A DNA stretch of 64,000 nt from Desulfobacterales bacterium (GTDB taxonomy: Bacteria > Desulfobacterota > Desulfobacteria > Desulfobacterales > SURF-7), in the NCBI GenBank assembly GCA_028277765.1, contig JANQFQ010000035.1:38615-102614 (forward strand). The letters run 5' to 3'. The position numbers and the translations under genes are program-made. Below the pieces are notes generated by a model. That model had not been told where the DNA came from. It did not search any database and was given only the letters and a program-made list of their open reading frames with translations. Positions within the stretch are counted from its first letter, which is position 1, and the number at the start of each line of letters is the position of its first letter. Shown here piece by piece: positions 18,421 through 27,474 of this stretch.

Positions 18421-18590
18421 AAATTCGAATATCGAATATCGAAATCCGAAACAAATCCGAAATTCAAATTTCCAAATGTTCAAAGCATTTTCGTTTTATC
18501 ATTATAGATACCATTCATTTGTTTTGGTTATTTGAATTATGGTCATTTGATATTGTTTCGGATTTCGTACTTCGTGCTTCGGATTTATAT
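18421..18590. repeat. Family-1 palindromic element, copy C (inverted relative to copies A, B and D)
   Basis: The AAATGTTCAAAGC-type arm is on the left. The GGTCATTTGATATTGTTTCG core (reverse complement of CGAAACAATATCAAATGACC) is on the right, ending ...GTGCTTCGGATTTATAT. Confidence 0.7.
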
Positions 18591-18669
18591 CTGCGCAAGG
18601 TTATACAATTTTTCCGGCAAATGAACCTTTGGCTAAGCATGATTTAAAGACATTGTTGAGACCCGGGCC

Positions 18670-19155
18670 ATGTCAAAAGAGACGTTAGAAAAGATTATCC
18701 TTGAGTATTTGGAGAGTCATAATACGGTTTCGCTTGCCACGGAAAAAGACGGAAAACCCCACGCAGCCACTGTTTTTTATGTGAACGATGGGTTTGATCT
18801 TTTTTTCCTGAGTAGCCCCACAAGCCGGCATGGTGAGAATTTTACGCTTAATCCAAAAGTTTCCGGGACAATTAATGAAGATTATTCTAACTGGCTCACC
18901 ATTAAAGGGATTCAGCTGGAAGGTGAAGTCAAAGAAGCTGGTAGTATCATGAAAAACAGTAAACTTGCGAAAGACTATGTGAAGAAATATCCTAGTGTGG
19001 CAGATTTTCTCCTTTCACCCCAGAAACTCGGGCAGGCAATCGTAAAGAAGATCGCCGGGGTAAGGTTTTACAGACTTGAATCTTCCAGAATATACTTTAT
19101 CGACAACGAACAGGGGTTCGGACATAGAGAGGAACTTTTAATAGAACGCGGATGA
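18670..19155 (+). CDS. Pyridoxamine 5'-phosphate oxidase-like FMN-binding split-barrel protein
   Basis: 161 aa. HNTVSLATEKDGKPHAATVFYV and the overall pattern fit the PNPOx-like family. Confidence 0.7.
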   Translation: MSKETLEKIILEYLESHNTVSLATEKDGKPHAATVFYVNDGFDLFFLSSPTSRHGENFTLNPKVSGTINEDYSNWLTIKGIQLEGEVKEAGSIMKNSKLAKDYVKKYPSVADFLLSPQKLGQAIVKKIAGVRFYRLESSRIYFIDNEQGFGHREELLIERG

Positions 19156-19329
19156 CACGGATGCTGCAGATTTTCACGGATGAATTTTTATAATGCTGCA
19201 CGCAGAAATAACAGAAAGAATCATAAAAGCTTTTTATAAAGTTAACAATACCCTGTAATCTGCGTCATCTGTGTGCTATTCATTATTTTCAGCGAAAATC
19301 GATTGAAACCGCACCGTTCGCGTGCTATT
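19147..19329. repeat. Family-3 (CGGATGAC-word) element
   Basis: CGCGGATGACACGGATGCTGCAGATTTTCACGGATG ... CTGCGTCATCTGTGTGCTATT ... CGCGTGCTATT. The left arm includes the last codons and the stop of the PNPOx-like gene. Confidence 0.5.
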
Positions 19330-19340
19330 AAGTGAATATT

Positions 19341-19928
19341 ATGAAGAAAAGACTTGTTATAGGGATATCAGGGGCGACCGGGCCGATATACGCTATCCGG
19401 ATGCTTGAAGTGCTGAAGGATATTGATGATATTGAAACCCATCTAATCATATCCAATGCTGCGGAGTTAACCATAAAGCTGGAGACAGATTATACGGTTG
19501 ATTATGTGAAAGGGCTTGCGGATGTTACTTACAGTAATGAGAATGTCGGTGCGTCAATTGCCAGTGGATCGTTTGAAACACTAGGAATGGTTGTCACGCC
19601 GTGTTCCATAAAGACACTGTCCGGCATTGCCAATTCTTTTAATGTGAATCTCCTGATCAGGGCGGCAGATGTTACCTTAAAAGAGCGAAGAAAGCTTGTG
19701 CTGATGGTCAGGGAAACGCCATTTCATAAGGGGCATATCCGTTTGATGCTACAGGCCGCAGAAATGGATGCGATCATTGTTCCGGCTATTCCCAGTTTTT
19801 ATCAAAAGCCGAAAACCATAGATGATATCATAAATCAGAATGTGGGCAGAATCCTGGACATTTTTAATATAAAAGTGCCGGGTCTTTTTAAACGCTGGGA
19901 GGGTGATGATAGTCTGGTTAAAACGTAA
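19341..19928 (+). CDS. ubiX: Flavin prenyltransferase UbiX
   Basis: MKKRLVIGISGATGPIYAIRMLEVL, TPCSIKTLSGIA and the ~195-aa length are classic UbiX/Pad1 features. The ATG at 19341 is preferred over the GTG at 19332. Confidence 0.9.
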   Translation: MKKRLVIGISGATGPIYAIRMLEVLKDIDDIETHLIISNAAELTIKLETDYTVDYVKGLADVTYSNENVGASIASGSFETLGMVVTPCSIKTLSGIANSFNVNLLIRAADVTLKERRKLVLMVRETPFHKGHIRLMLQAAEMDAIIVPAIPSFYQKPKTIDDIINQNVGRILDIFNIKVPGLFKRWEGDDSLVKT

Positions 19929-19967
19929 AAAATTTATACATTACAAATTATTTAAGGTATAATTAAA

Positions 19968-20166
19968 GAATCCAAAATCCGAATATCGAAATCCCCCGGC
20001 GACGGGACAGGCGAAACAATATCAAATGACCAAAATTCAAAATCAAAAGGCAATTTGATTTGAAATTTTAAGCGGTTATGGTTTCGAGCATTTGAACATT
20101 TGTATTCCGAATTTGTTTCGCCAAATTTTATGATCGGGTCGGATTTCGATATTCGAATTTAAATCC
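19968..20166. repeat. Family-1 palindromic element, copy D
   Basis: Left arm is GAATCCAAAATCCGAATATCGAAATCC...CGAAACAATATCAAATGACC. Right arm is GGTTTCGAGCATTTGAACATTTGTATTCCGAATTTGTTTCG...GGATTTCGATATTCGAATTT. Confidence 0.65.
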
Positions 20167-20240
20167 TTAAAATAAAATTCTATACAGAAATTATCCTATA
20201 CTGCATGTGAAAACAATTAGTAGTCAGATTCTGTAATTTA

Positions 20241-20639
20241 TTAAGCTGCTTCTTTTTTCTCTTCTTCTACACCAGTCAGTTCCAGGGCGCCTGAGATACA
20301 AACATTGACACACTTTGGATCTGGTGGATCACCGCAGAAGTCGCATTTCAGCGCCACATCTGTATCTGGTTCCCTGAACCAGGGCCTGGTGGGGCAGGAA
20401 GCACGACACAGGGTACATTCATCATACTCCTCTCCATGAAGCACATAATCAATTTTACTAGTGCATTCTGCATCTGTAGGTGGTCCAGATATTACCGGAT
20501 AGAATCTTTCCCCTTCAATAAAAATCCTTATTCTCGACTTTTTGGGATTAATGGAGCCATCATAATGCTCTGATGAACATGCTGCTTCGCAATGCCGGCA
20601 ACCAGTACATTTTTTATGGTCTATCTTTATCCTGGGCAT
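20241..20639 (-). CDS. Cys-rich 4Fe-4S ferredoxin-like protein (AOR-associated), paralog 1
   Basis: CTGCRHCEAAC (CxxCxxCxxxC) plus CTLCRASCP and CDFCG...CVNVC. It is 88/125 identical (hand alignment) to the ORF at 21047. An AAGGAGG RBS precedes the start. Confidence 0.75.
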   Translation of the reverse strand: MPRIKIDHKKCTGCRHCEAACSSEHYDGSINPKKSRIRIFIEGERFYPVISGPPTDAECTSKIDYVLHGEEYDECTLCRASCPTRPWFREPDTDVALKCDFCGDPPDPKCVNVCISGALELTGVEEEKKEAA

Positions 20640-20758
20640 TTCTTCCTCCTTATGTTTAGTTCGTTTCGTTCTCGAAATTTTTTTGTTTCATTCGAAACAT
20701 TAAGTTGCAAATAACAATAATTAACGCTCTATAGGGCCGATAACATTTTAAAGGAGCT

Positions 20759-21013
20759 TCATCCCCCAGCTACAGTGGCGTAAAATGTAACACTTTCACC
20801 ATCTGCCAACACATAAGAATCTTCTATCTCTTCGTTCTTGGCATCAATTACAATGCCGTCAAACGTATCAACCGGAATGTCAAGAAACTTCTTAAGATCC
20901 TTAAGGGTTGCCCCTTTTTCTATCGAAATTATAGCTGTATCACCAGTGGAACCCGCAGGCAGAAACTTTTTTAGTTTCGAAAACATTTTTACTTCAATAT
21001 CAATCTTATCCAT
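20759..21013 (-). CDS. MoaD/ThiS-family small beta-grasp protein, paralog 1
   Basis: 84 aa ending in ...VAGG (C-terminal Gly-Gly). It shows a beta-grasp-like pattern, as does the ORF at 21512. Confidence 0.7.
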   Translation of the reverse strand: MDKIDIEVKMFSKLKKFLPAGSTGDTAIISIEKGATLKDLKKFLDIPVDTFDGIVIDAKNEEIEDSYVLADGESVTFYATVAGG

Positions 21014-21046
21014 ACCCGCAGTTTCTTTGCTGATATATGCTTAACG

Positions 21047-21424
21047 TTATTGCACTTCAACCATGGTCAGGGCTTCAGCCGCGCAGACCTGGACACAGTG
21101 CGGTTCCGGCGGATCACCGCAGAAATCGCATTTTAATGCAATATCAGTGTCGGGCTCTCTGAACCACGGCCTGCTTGGACAGGCGGCACGGCAGAGCGTA
21201 CATTCATCATGTTCCTGGCCTTCAATAATGACATCAACCTTGCTGGTGCATTCCGCTTCAGTAGGCGGACCGGAAATAACAGGATAAAATCTTTCTGCTA
21301 CCATGCAAACCCTGATTCGAGATTTTTTTGGATTGATTTCATTCTCATAATGTTTTAATGAACATGCTGCCTCGCAGCTGCGGCACCCTGTACATTTTGC
21401 CTGGTCTATCCTTATCCTTTGCAT
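21047..21424 (-). CDS. Cys-rich 4Fe-4S ferredoxin-like protein (AOR-associated), paralog 2
   Basis: CTGCRSCEAAC, CTLCRAACP and CDFCG...CVQVC (13 Cys in total). A GAAGGAGG RBS precedes the start. Confidence 0.75.
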   Translation of the reverse strand: MQRIRIDQAKCTGCRSCEAACSLKHYENEINPKKSRIRVCMVAERFYPVISGPPTEAECTSKVDVIIEGQEHDECTLCRAACPSRPWFREPDTDIALKCDFCGDPPEPHCVQVCAAEALTMVEVQ

Positions 21425-21511
21425 TAAAACCTCCTTCTTTGTAAGCTTTGCTTACTATATATATTCGCTATACTTTTATTCTACGCTCATCCTTGACGGG
21501 GTAACTTGCCC

Positions 21512-21757
21512 CTACCCTCCGGCTACTGAGGCGAAAAATCCGACACTGTCTCCGTCCTTTAGTTTATGAACGCTGTCTTCAGGGTAAGCAACACCATCTA
21601 TTACTGTTCCGCCGTGTTCGTCCGGTGGTATGCCGAGAGCCGCCCTGAGATCCAGAAGTGTTGCCCCTTCCTCTAAGGTGATAACGGCCATGTCATTCTT
21701 TGAGTCTGGAGGAAGATACTTCCTGAATTTCATAAACATTTTTACTTCAACTTGCAT
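21512..21757 (-). CDS. MoaD/ThiS-family small beta-grasp protein, paralog 2
   Basis: It ends ...SVAGG. The start was moved to the ATG at 21757 (GGAG 5 nt upstream), which aligns MQVEVKMF with MDKIDIEVKMF of paralog 1. The two are 39/81 identical by ungapped hand alignment. Confidence 0.7.
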   Translation of the reverse strand: MQVEVKMFMKFRKYLPPDSKNDMAVITLEEGATLLDLRAALGIPPDEHGGTVIDGVAYPEDSVHKLKDGDSVGFFASVAGG

Positions 21758-21823
21758 ACAAGCTCCGTCAAACTTTTGTTCACTTACGCTCACGTTATTA
21801 AAGTTGTAAATAACAATAAATTT

Positions 21824-23671
21824 TTACAGCCCTTGTCCTTCCAGACCTAACTCCGCGAGTTTCTGCGGTGTGGGAACGCCTTCCTCATCCCATCCGCGAA
21901 GCATGTAGTAATACTTCAGCATTGTTTCGACATCCGGGTTCTTTCCTTTACCCGGTCCTGCAGTGGCCGGTTCTTCCCGCAGCCGCTTGGGCAGAACGTC
22001 ATCAGCTTTTGTGATACCCGCCTTCAGGTTGAACATCTTCTGCAGGTTCCATATTCTTTCCCCGTTGATGACGACTTCCGGCATGGTGTAGTTCACACCG
22101 GTAGCTGTGGCAAGCTGGGGGAACAAGAGGGGCGGCGGCTGTCCCGACATGCTGAACTGGCAGAAGCCGGCACAGTCAACAAGGGCTGTCTGCATGTTCT
22201 GCATCATCATGAGCATCTCGGCCTTCCCCTGCATTGATACCGGATCGACCGCCATCTCTTTGGGCCCGAACGCGTGGGCAAGGGCTTCCCTTACCAGTGT
22301 ATATGCGCGACAATGACATCCGCCCCTTGTGGACGTGACAACCCCGAGGGCCATGCCATAAGCGTTTCTGGCGTCATACCCGGCATACCCCATCTTCTTT
22401 ACGCCGATAAAAAGATCGGGCTGGCCGTATTTCTCAGCTAGTGTTGCACCACCTTCGGCAATGAGCTCACCAAGGCCTTCACGGTATGCGGTCTGCTGGA
22501 TAAGTGTTACAAGCGCTTCACCGTTGCCGAAGTTCAATTTCATGCCCGCGTCTGACTCCGGCAGGTGTCCTTCTTCATAAAGCTCCATGGCGCAGGAGAC
22601 CTGGCAAGCCATATCCATTGTGTCAATACCGAGCCGGTTGCATTCATTATTCCCTTTTAAAAGTGCTTCCGGGTCATAAATACCGCAATTGGGTCCCATC
22701 AGCGCGTGGGTTTCATATTCAGGCCTGTGGGAAACGCCCTCAAAAGGACCTTCTTTAACTTCTGCCGGACCGCCGCAGCTCATGGGACAGCTGAAACATC
22801 CCTGGTTCCTGATAAGATAACCGTCAGCAACCGCCTGCCCGCTGATTTTATGGGCTTCCGGAAGGGCCATTTTCTTAAAATTCATATGGGGTAACAAGCC
22901 GACTTCATTGTAAAAATTAACTAGCCCCGCAGATCCGTATGCTGGAAATACCTTGCTCGCTCTTTCACTGGCTCTGATTGCGCCAAGCGCGGCATTAACA
23001 GATTTGTTAAATGCTTCAGGAACGGCCACGGAAACGTCTTTTGTTCCATGGGCCACAACCGCTTTCAGGTTTTTTGACCCCATAACAGCGCCGATACCGC
23101 ACCTTGCTGCAGCCCTGTGCTTGTCGCTCATAATGGCGGCAATTTTTACAAGGTTTTCTCCTGCAGGACCGATGGAGGCAATCCGTGTGTCCATTGCTTT
23201 CCATGGATCATCAATTTCAGACTTGATGATGTCTTCAGTTTCAAAAACATCTTTCCCCCAGAGATGGTCAGCATCCATTATCTCAATTTCATCATCATCG
23301 ATCCACAGCATTACCGGGTCATCCGCAATGCCTTCAAAGATGATCATGTCATACCCGGCGAACTTTACTTCAGCCGGGAAATAACCGCCAACATTAGAAA
23401 ATGCGATACCTCCTGTCAGCGGTGACTTGGCTGCCCAGACACTCCTGATACCGGTTACAGCACCGGTACCGACAAGGGCGCCTGTGCTGAAAATCAACTT
23501 GTTCTCTTCACCCAGAGCGTCGATTGTTGGATCAACCTCATCATAGAGAATTCTGGTGGCTGTTCCCTGGGCTCCTATATACATCTTGGCGAAATAGGGA
23601 TCCAGATCCTCGATGTCGTATTCCCTTTCGCTCAAGTCAACTCTCAGGATTTTCCCTGCCCATGCATGCAT
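21824..23671 (-). CDS. aor: Tungsten-type aldehyde:ferredoxin oxidoreductase (AOR-3)
   Basis: 615 aa. It begins MHAWAGKILRVDLSE and carries GAQGTATRIL, KSPLTG and CFSCPMSCGG. An AGGAGG RBS precedes the start. Confidence 0.9.
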   Translation of the reverse strand: MHAWAGKILRVDLSEREYDIEDLDPYFAKMYIGAQGTATRILYDEVDPTIDALGEENKLIFSTGALVGTGAVTGIRSVWAAKSPLTGGIAFSNVGGYFPAEVKFAGYDMIIFEGIADDPVMLWIDDDEIEIMDADHLWGKDVFETEDIIKSEIDDPWKAMDTRIASIGPAGENLVKIAAIMSDKHRAAARCGIGAVMGSKNLKAVVAHGTKDVSVAVPEAFNKSVNAALGAIRASERASKVFPAYGSAGLVNFYNEVGLLPHMNFKKMALPEAHKISGQAVADGYLIRNQGCFSCPMSCGGPAEVKEGPFEGVSHRPEYETHALMGPNCGIYDPEALLKGNNECNRLGIDTMDMACQVSCAMELYEEGHLPESDAGMKLNFGNGEALVTLIQQTAYREGLGELIAEGGATLAEKYGQPDLFIGVKKMGYAGYDARNAYGMALGVVTSTRGGCHCRAYTLVREALAHAFGPKEMAVDPVSMQGKAEMLMMMQNMQTALVDCAGFCQFSMSGQPPPLLFPQLATATGVNYTMPEVVINGERIWNLQKMFNLKAGITKADDVLPKRLREEPATAGPGKGKNPDVETMLKYYYMLRGWDEEGVPTPQKLAELGLEGQGL

Positions 23672-23714
23672 AACATAACCTCCTGACCCGGATAAAACCG
23701 GAAATCATAAAAAT

Positions 23715-23742
23715 ATTATAACCTATTGATTATTATGTCTAA
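23715..23742 (-). promoter_or_regulatory. Possible sigma70-type promoter for the AOR-3 operon
   Basis: On the minus strand: TTAGAC (23742-23737), a 16-nt spacer, then TATAAT (23720-23715), about 45 nt upstream of the ATG at 23671. Confidence 0.3.
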
Positions 23743-24074
23743 ATAAATCTTTTTCCATATTAAATATAAATAAATAGTAAAAGGTCAATTAATACCTGTC
23801 TGGAACAGAGAATGTCAATGTTTTTTTTAAAAGAATTAAGTGATTGTAAGGATTGGCCCCAAAGATGTGATACTCGCTTTAAAATAAAGTCAAATCTGAT
23901 TTTTAGATATTATAAAAATTTATTGACTTTTTATGAAAACTCTTTAATAAACAGAAATTTAAACTATGCTCATCAGGCAAAAAGAATGCATGGATTATTT
24001 TTTGCGTTTTGGTAGCCCTGGAAAATCAACATATTGGTAATGATTATATATAGTTTTGCCTAAGGAGGTAACAA

Positions 24075-25757
24075 ATGGCGGATAAGGTATACGACCTGGT
24101 CTATATGGGCGCAGGGAACAAGAACCTGGTTAACGCAATGTATGCGAGCAAATACGGCGGACTTAAGGTCGGTTTGTTTGACATGAGACATGAAGCAGGT
24201 GGCGGTTGGTGTTCTGATGAAATTCCCGCGCCTGGTTTTATCGCTAATCAATGCTCCCACATTCACACATACTGTAACCACCACGCTCCCATGTGGGAGG
24301 ACTTTCCGGAATGGTCTGAATACGGGGTTAAATTCGCGAAACCGAGGCTTGCACAGTCTTCGGTGTTCGGTGAAGATGATCAGTGGTGCGGGGTTTACTC
24401 TATCTGGGAAGAAAACTACAGAGACAAGTCATATGAATTGTTGAAACGGTTTTCTGAAAAAGATGCTGACACATATCTTCATTTTGAAGAAAAATTCAGA
24501 AAATACATTTTTCCTGCTGCCCTTGAATTCTCATTCAATCCACCGCCTCCTCCGGGTGAACCGCATGCCATGCAGAAAATGTTCATGGAAAACCCTGACT
24601 GTGGCGTTGACATGGCGTGGCTGGGGATGAGCCCCATTGAATGGTTAGACACGATGTTTGAGAGCTCTGAGGTTCAGACCTTCGGTGTTTGCGGTGTACA
24701 GTCAGCTGGTGTGAATCCAACTGCCAAGGGATCTGCCATGGCAGCCCTTATCCTAATGATGGCCTATATGGATACCATCGTTATAAAAGGAGGGACCCAC
24801 CAGTGTGCTCACGCGTCCCAGAGGGTGATTTATGAAAATGGCGGTGAGATATATCACGGCAAACCAGTGGAAAAAATCATTATTGAAAATGGGAAAGCCA
24901 AAGGCCTTAAGCTTGTGGACGGAACCGTGGTAGAAGGGAAGCTCGGTGTTGTATGTGGTGCGAACCCCATCGACCTGGTCCATGATCTTACGGAACCGGA
25001 TATGTGGTCACAGACGATACAAGACGGTGTTAAGGCGCTTAAAAGGGACTTTGTCTGTATCACATGGTATACCTGGGCATTGAGAGAACAGCCAGTATAT
25101 AAGGCAGCAGCGTTTGATCCCAATTTAAAGGATTCCTGCTGGATCAATCTGACGCACAGGGGGCTTGATTTAATTGCAAGTGAAGTTGAAAGGCGTTTTG
25201 CGGGCAAGTGGCCGAAACTTGAGGATTTTCATCTGGGTATCGCCAACTGGTCCAATTTTGCCCATGACTATTACGCACCTCCTGGAGGAGAAAAAGCAGC
25301 CATCCTTACGGAGCATTTTGTACTACCTGCCACAAAGATGACAGACGCTGAGTGGAAGGCCATGGAAAAACAGCACGCTGACGAAGTTATTGAACACTGG
25401 GGCAAGTATACAACTAACGTAAACTGGGACAATGTTATCGGTTATGTTCCGGTGACACCATATTACGCAGCGAAACACTCGCCAAATTACGCGCCTGAGG
25501 GAAACTGGTGCGTTATTGACCAGGACGGGCCCCAGTTCGGCGTGACAAGGCCGATACCGGAACTCGCTGATCTAAGAAATTTTCCAATTGAAAATTTATA
25601 TCCATGTTCGTCAGGATGGCATCCGAGGGGCGGCGCCACATCACAGCAGGGCCGCTGGGTCTATAAAGTTATTGCTGAGAAAAACGGGCTCACACCGCCG
25701 CCGGAAAAGGATTGGACGAGTATTGTTATGAACTCTTCTGAACATATAAAATATTAA
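24075..25757 (+). CDS. Phytoene-dehydrogenase-like (COG1233-type) flavoprotein, paralog A
   Basis: 560 aa with an AAGGAGG RBS. The N-terminal dinucleotide-fold region is YDLVYMGAGNKNLVNAMYASKYGLKV...EAGGGW, in which the GxGxxG is degenerate. Confidence 0.7.
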   Translation: MADKVYDLVYMGAGNKNLVNAMYASKYGGLKVGLFDMRHEAGGGWCSDEIPAPGFIANQCSHIHTYCNHHAPMWEDFPEWSEYGVKFAKPRLAQSSVFGEDDQWCGVYSIWEENYRDKSYELLKRFSEKDADTYLHFEEKFRKYIFPAALEFSFNPPPPPGEPHAMQKMFMENPDCGVDMAWLGMSPIEWLDTMFESSEVQTFGVCGVQSAGVNPTAKGSAMAALILMMAYMDTIVIKGGTHQCAHASQRVIYENGGEIYHGKPVEKIIIENGKAKGLKLVDGTVVEGKLGVVCGANPIDLVHDLTEPDMWSQTIQDGVKALKRDFVCITWYTWALREQPVYKAAAFDPNLKDSCWINLTHRGLDLIASEVERRFAGKWPKLEDFHLGIANWSNFAHDYYAPPGGEKAAILTEHFVLPATKMTDAEWKAMEKQHADEVIEHWGKYTTNVNWDNVIGYVPVTPYYAAKHSPNYAPEGNWCVIDQDGPQFGVTRPIPELADLRNFPIENLYPCSSGWHPRGGATSQQGRWVYKVIAEKNGLTPPPEKDWTSIVMNSSEHIKY

Positions 25758-25784
25758 ATTTTAATATAAAAGGAGTTATTTGTT

Positions 25785-27416
25785 ATGGACAGGAATTATG
25801 ATGTTGTAATAATCGGCGGAGGGCCTAACGGTCTTCTGTCCGCTGCATATCTTGCCAAGGCCGGATTAAAGGTTATTGTCCTTGAGCGGAGACATGAAAT
25901 GGGGGGCGGCGCCCTTACCGAGGAAGTTAGCGGTTTCGCGCGTCTTAGGGTAAATTCACACGCTTACTTCATGATGATGACCGATTACGCGCCTGCTTAC
26001 GCTGACCTTGAACTTGAAACAAAGTACGGTCTCACACATCTGTATCCTGAACTCCAGTGTGTACTCCCTACTGAGGATGGCAGATCTCTGTGTATGTACA
26101 GCGACATTGAAAAAACATGCGAGTCCATAGCACAGTTTTCTCAGAAGGATGCTGATACCTACAGAGAGTTTGTCACAAAGAGCGAACGCTATATGAAAGC
26201 GTTTATAGGGCCCGCGACTTATGCCCAGCCGGTGCCGGCCCTGGAACAGCTCCCGGTCCTTGAAGCAACAGAAATAGGAAGGGAAATTGGTGAATATACA
26301 ACCATGAGTCCAAAAGATGTTGTGGATGAGCTGTTTGAGGATCCCCATGTTAAGGCGATGATGATCCACAACTGCTGCATGTGGGGCCTTGGGCCAGAGC
26401 AGGACGGAATCGGTTTTTTAATTCCGCTTTATTTTGACAGAATGTATAAATACAAGGTGTGCGAAGGGGGGACACACACACTCGCGCAAGCATTGATCAA
26501 AGTGGTCCTTGAAAACGGCGGCAAGCTTATTACCTCAGTCATACCTGAAGAGATCATTGTTGAAGATAATGTGGCAAAGGGTGTCAAGCTTGAAGACGGC
26601 AGGGTTTTTGAAGCAGGCACGGCGGTTGTCAGTACTATTGATCAGCAGCAGACTTTTAATGAACTCGTGGGGCAGGAAAAGCTGGATGAGGATTTTACAG
26701 GTACCATGGGCATGTGGCAGTGGGAACACTGGGGGCTCCTGGGTGTTCACCTGGCACTTGAAGAACCGCTTAATTTTAAGTGCGCTGAAAATGATCCGAA
26801 CCAGAACAAGGGGCTTTACTATTTAATCGGGTATGAAAGCTCGGAAGATTTTATTAAGGATTATGACAGGATCGGTGAAGGGAAATGCGATCTTGACGCG
26901 GGTTTCTACTGCACGATCCCGACGGTTCATGATCCATCCCAGCAGACGGAAAACAAGCATGTCTGCAGTATCTATAAAATGGCACCGTTTAACCTGGACG
27001 GGGACAGTGAGAACTGGTTTTCCTATAAAACAAAGAAAGAACACGCTGAAGGTTGCATTGAGATGCTGAAAAAGCATGTGACCAATTTAAATGATGATAC
27101 CATAAGAAGCTATTATGTTTCAACGCCTGCTGAATATGCGGGCAAGTTCCTGGATATGGTCGAAGGGTCTATTAAACAGGGTGCCTATTTGCCGTTGCAG
27201 ATGGGTTATATGAGGCCAAATCTTTACTGCTCAACACATAGAAGCCCTGTTGACCGTCTGTTCATGGGCGGGGCATGCACGTATCCAGGCGGTACCATCC
27301 TGCTGGCAAACGGTTATCTTGCTGTTGACGCAATGGCTGAGGATCTTGGTATAAACAGATGGTGGCCCGAACCGGACATCATCAAAGAGGCGAAAGAAGC
27401 CGGCTTGATGCAGTAA
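25785..27416 (+). CDS. Phytoene-dehydrogenase-like (COG1233-type) FAD-dependent oxidoreductase, paralog B
   Basis: 543 aa. It has a canonical [38 protein letters not shown] motif and a C-terminal [11 protein letters not shown] motif typical of CrtI-like enzymes. Confidence 0.8.
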   Translation: MDRNYDVVIIGGGPNGLLSAAYLAKAGLKVIVLERRHEMGGGALTEEVSGFARLRVNSHAYFMMMTDYAPAYADLELETKYGLTHLYPELQCVLPTEDGRSLCMYSDIEKTCESIAQFSQKDADTYREFVTKSERYMKAFIGPATYAQPVPALEQLPVLEATEIGREIGEYTTMSPKDVVDELFEDPHVKAMMIHNCCMWGLGPEQDGIGFLIPLYFDRMYKYKVCEGGTHTLAQALIKVVLENGGKLITSVIPEEIIVEDNVAKGVKLEDGRVFEAGTAVVSTIDQQQTFNELVGQEKLDEDFTGTMGMWQWEHWGLLGVHLALEEPLNFKCAENDPNQNKGLYYLIGYESSEDFIKDYDRIGEGKCDLDAGFYCTIPTVHDPSQQTENKHVCSIYKMAPFNLDGDSENWFSYKTKKEHAEGCIEMLKKHVTNLNDDTIRSYYVSTPAEYAGKFLDMVEGSIKQGAYLPLQMGYMRPNLYCSTHRSPVDRLFMGGACTYPGGTILLANGYLAVDAMAEDLGINRWWPEPDIIKEAKEAGLMQ

Positions 27417-27474
27417 ACGGCTTTTAGATAAGATATTTAACTTAATAAATTAATATATATGAAGGAGGAACAGC

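Noticed and set aside
23812-24015. A 67-aa ORF lies in the divergent region between AOR-3 and the CrtI-like genes.
   Set aside because: It sits in AT-rich promoter DNA, has no RBS and has a low-complexity Asn/Lys/Phe-rich translation. The region more plausibly holds the two divergent promoters.
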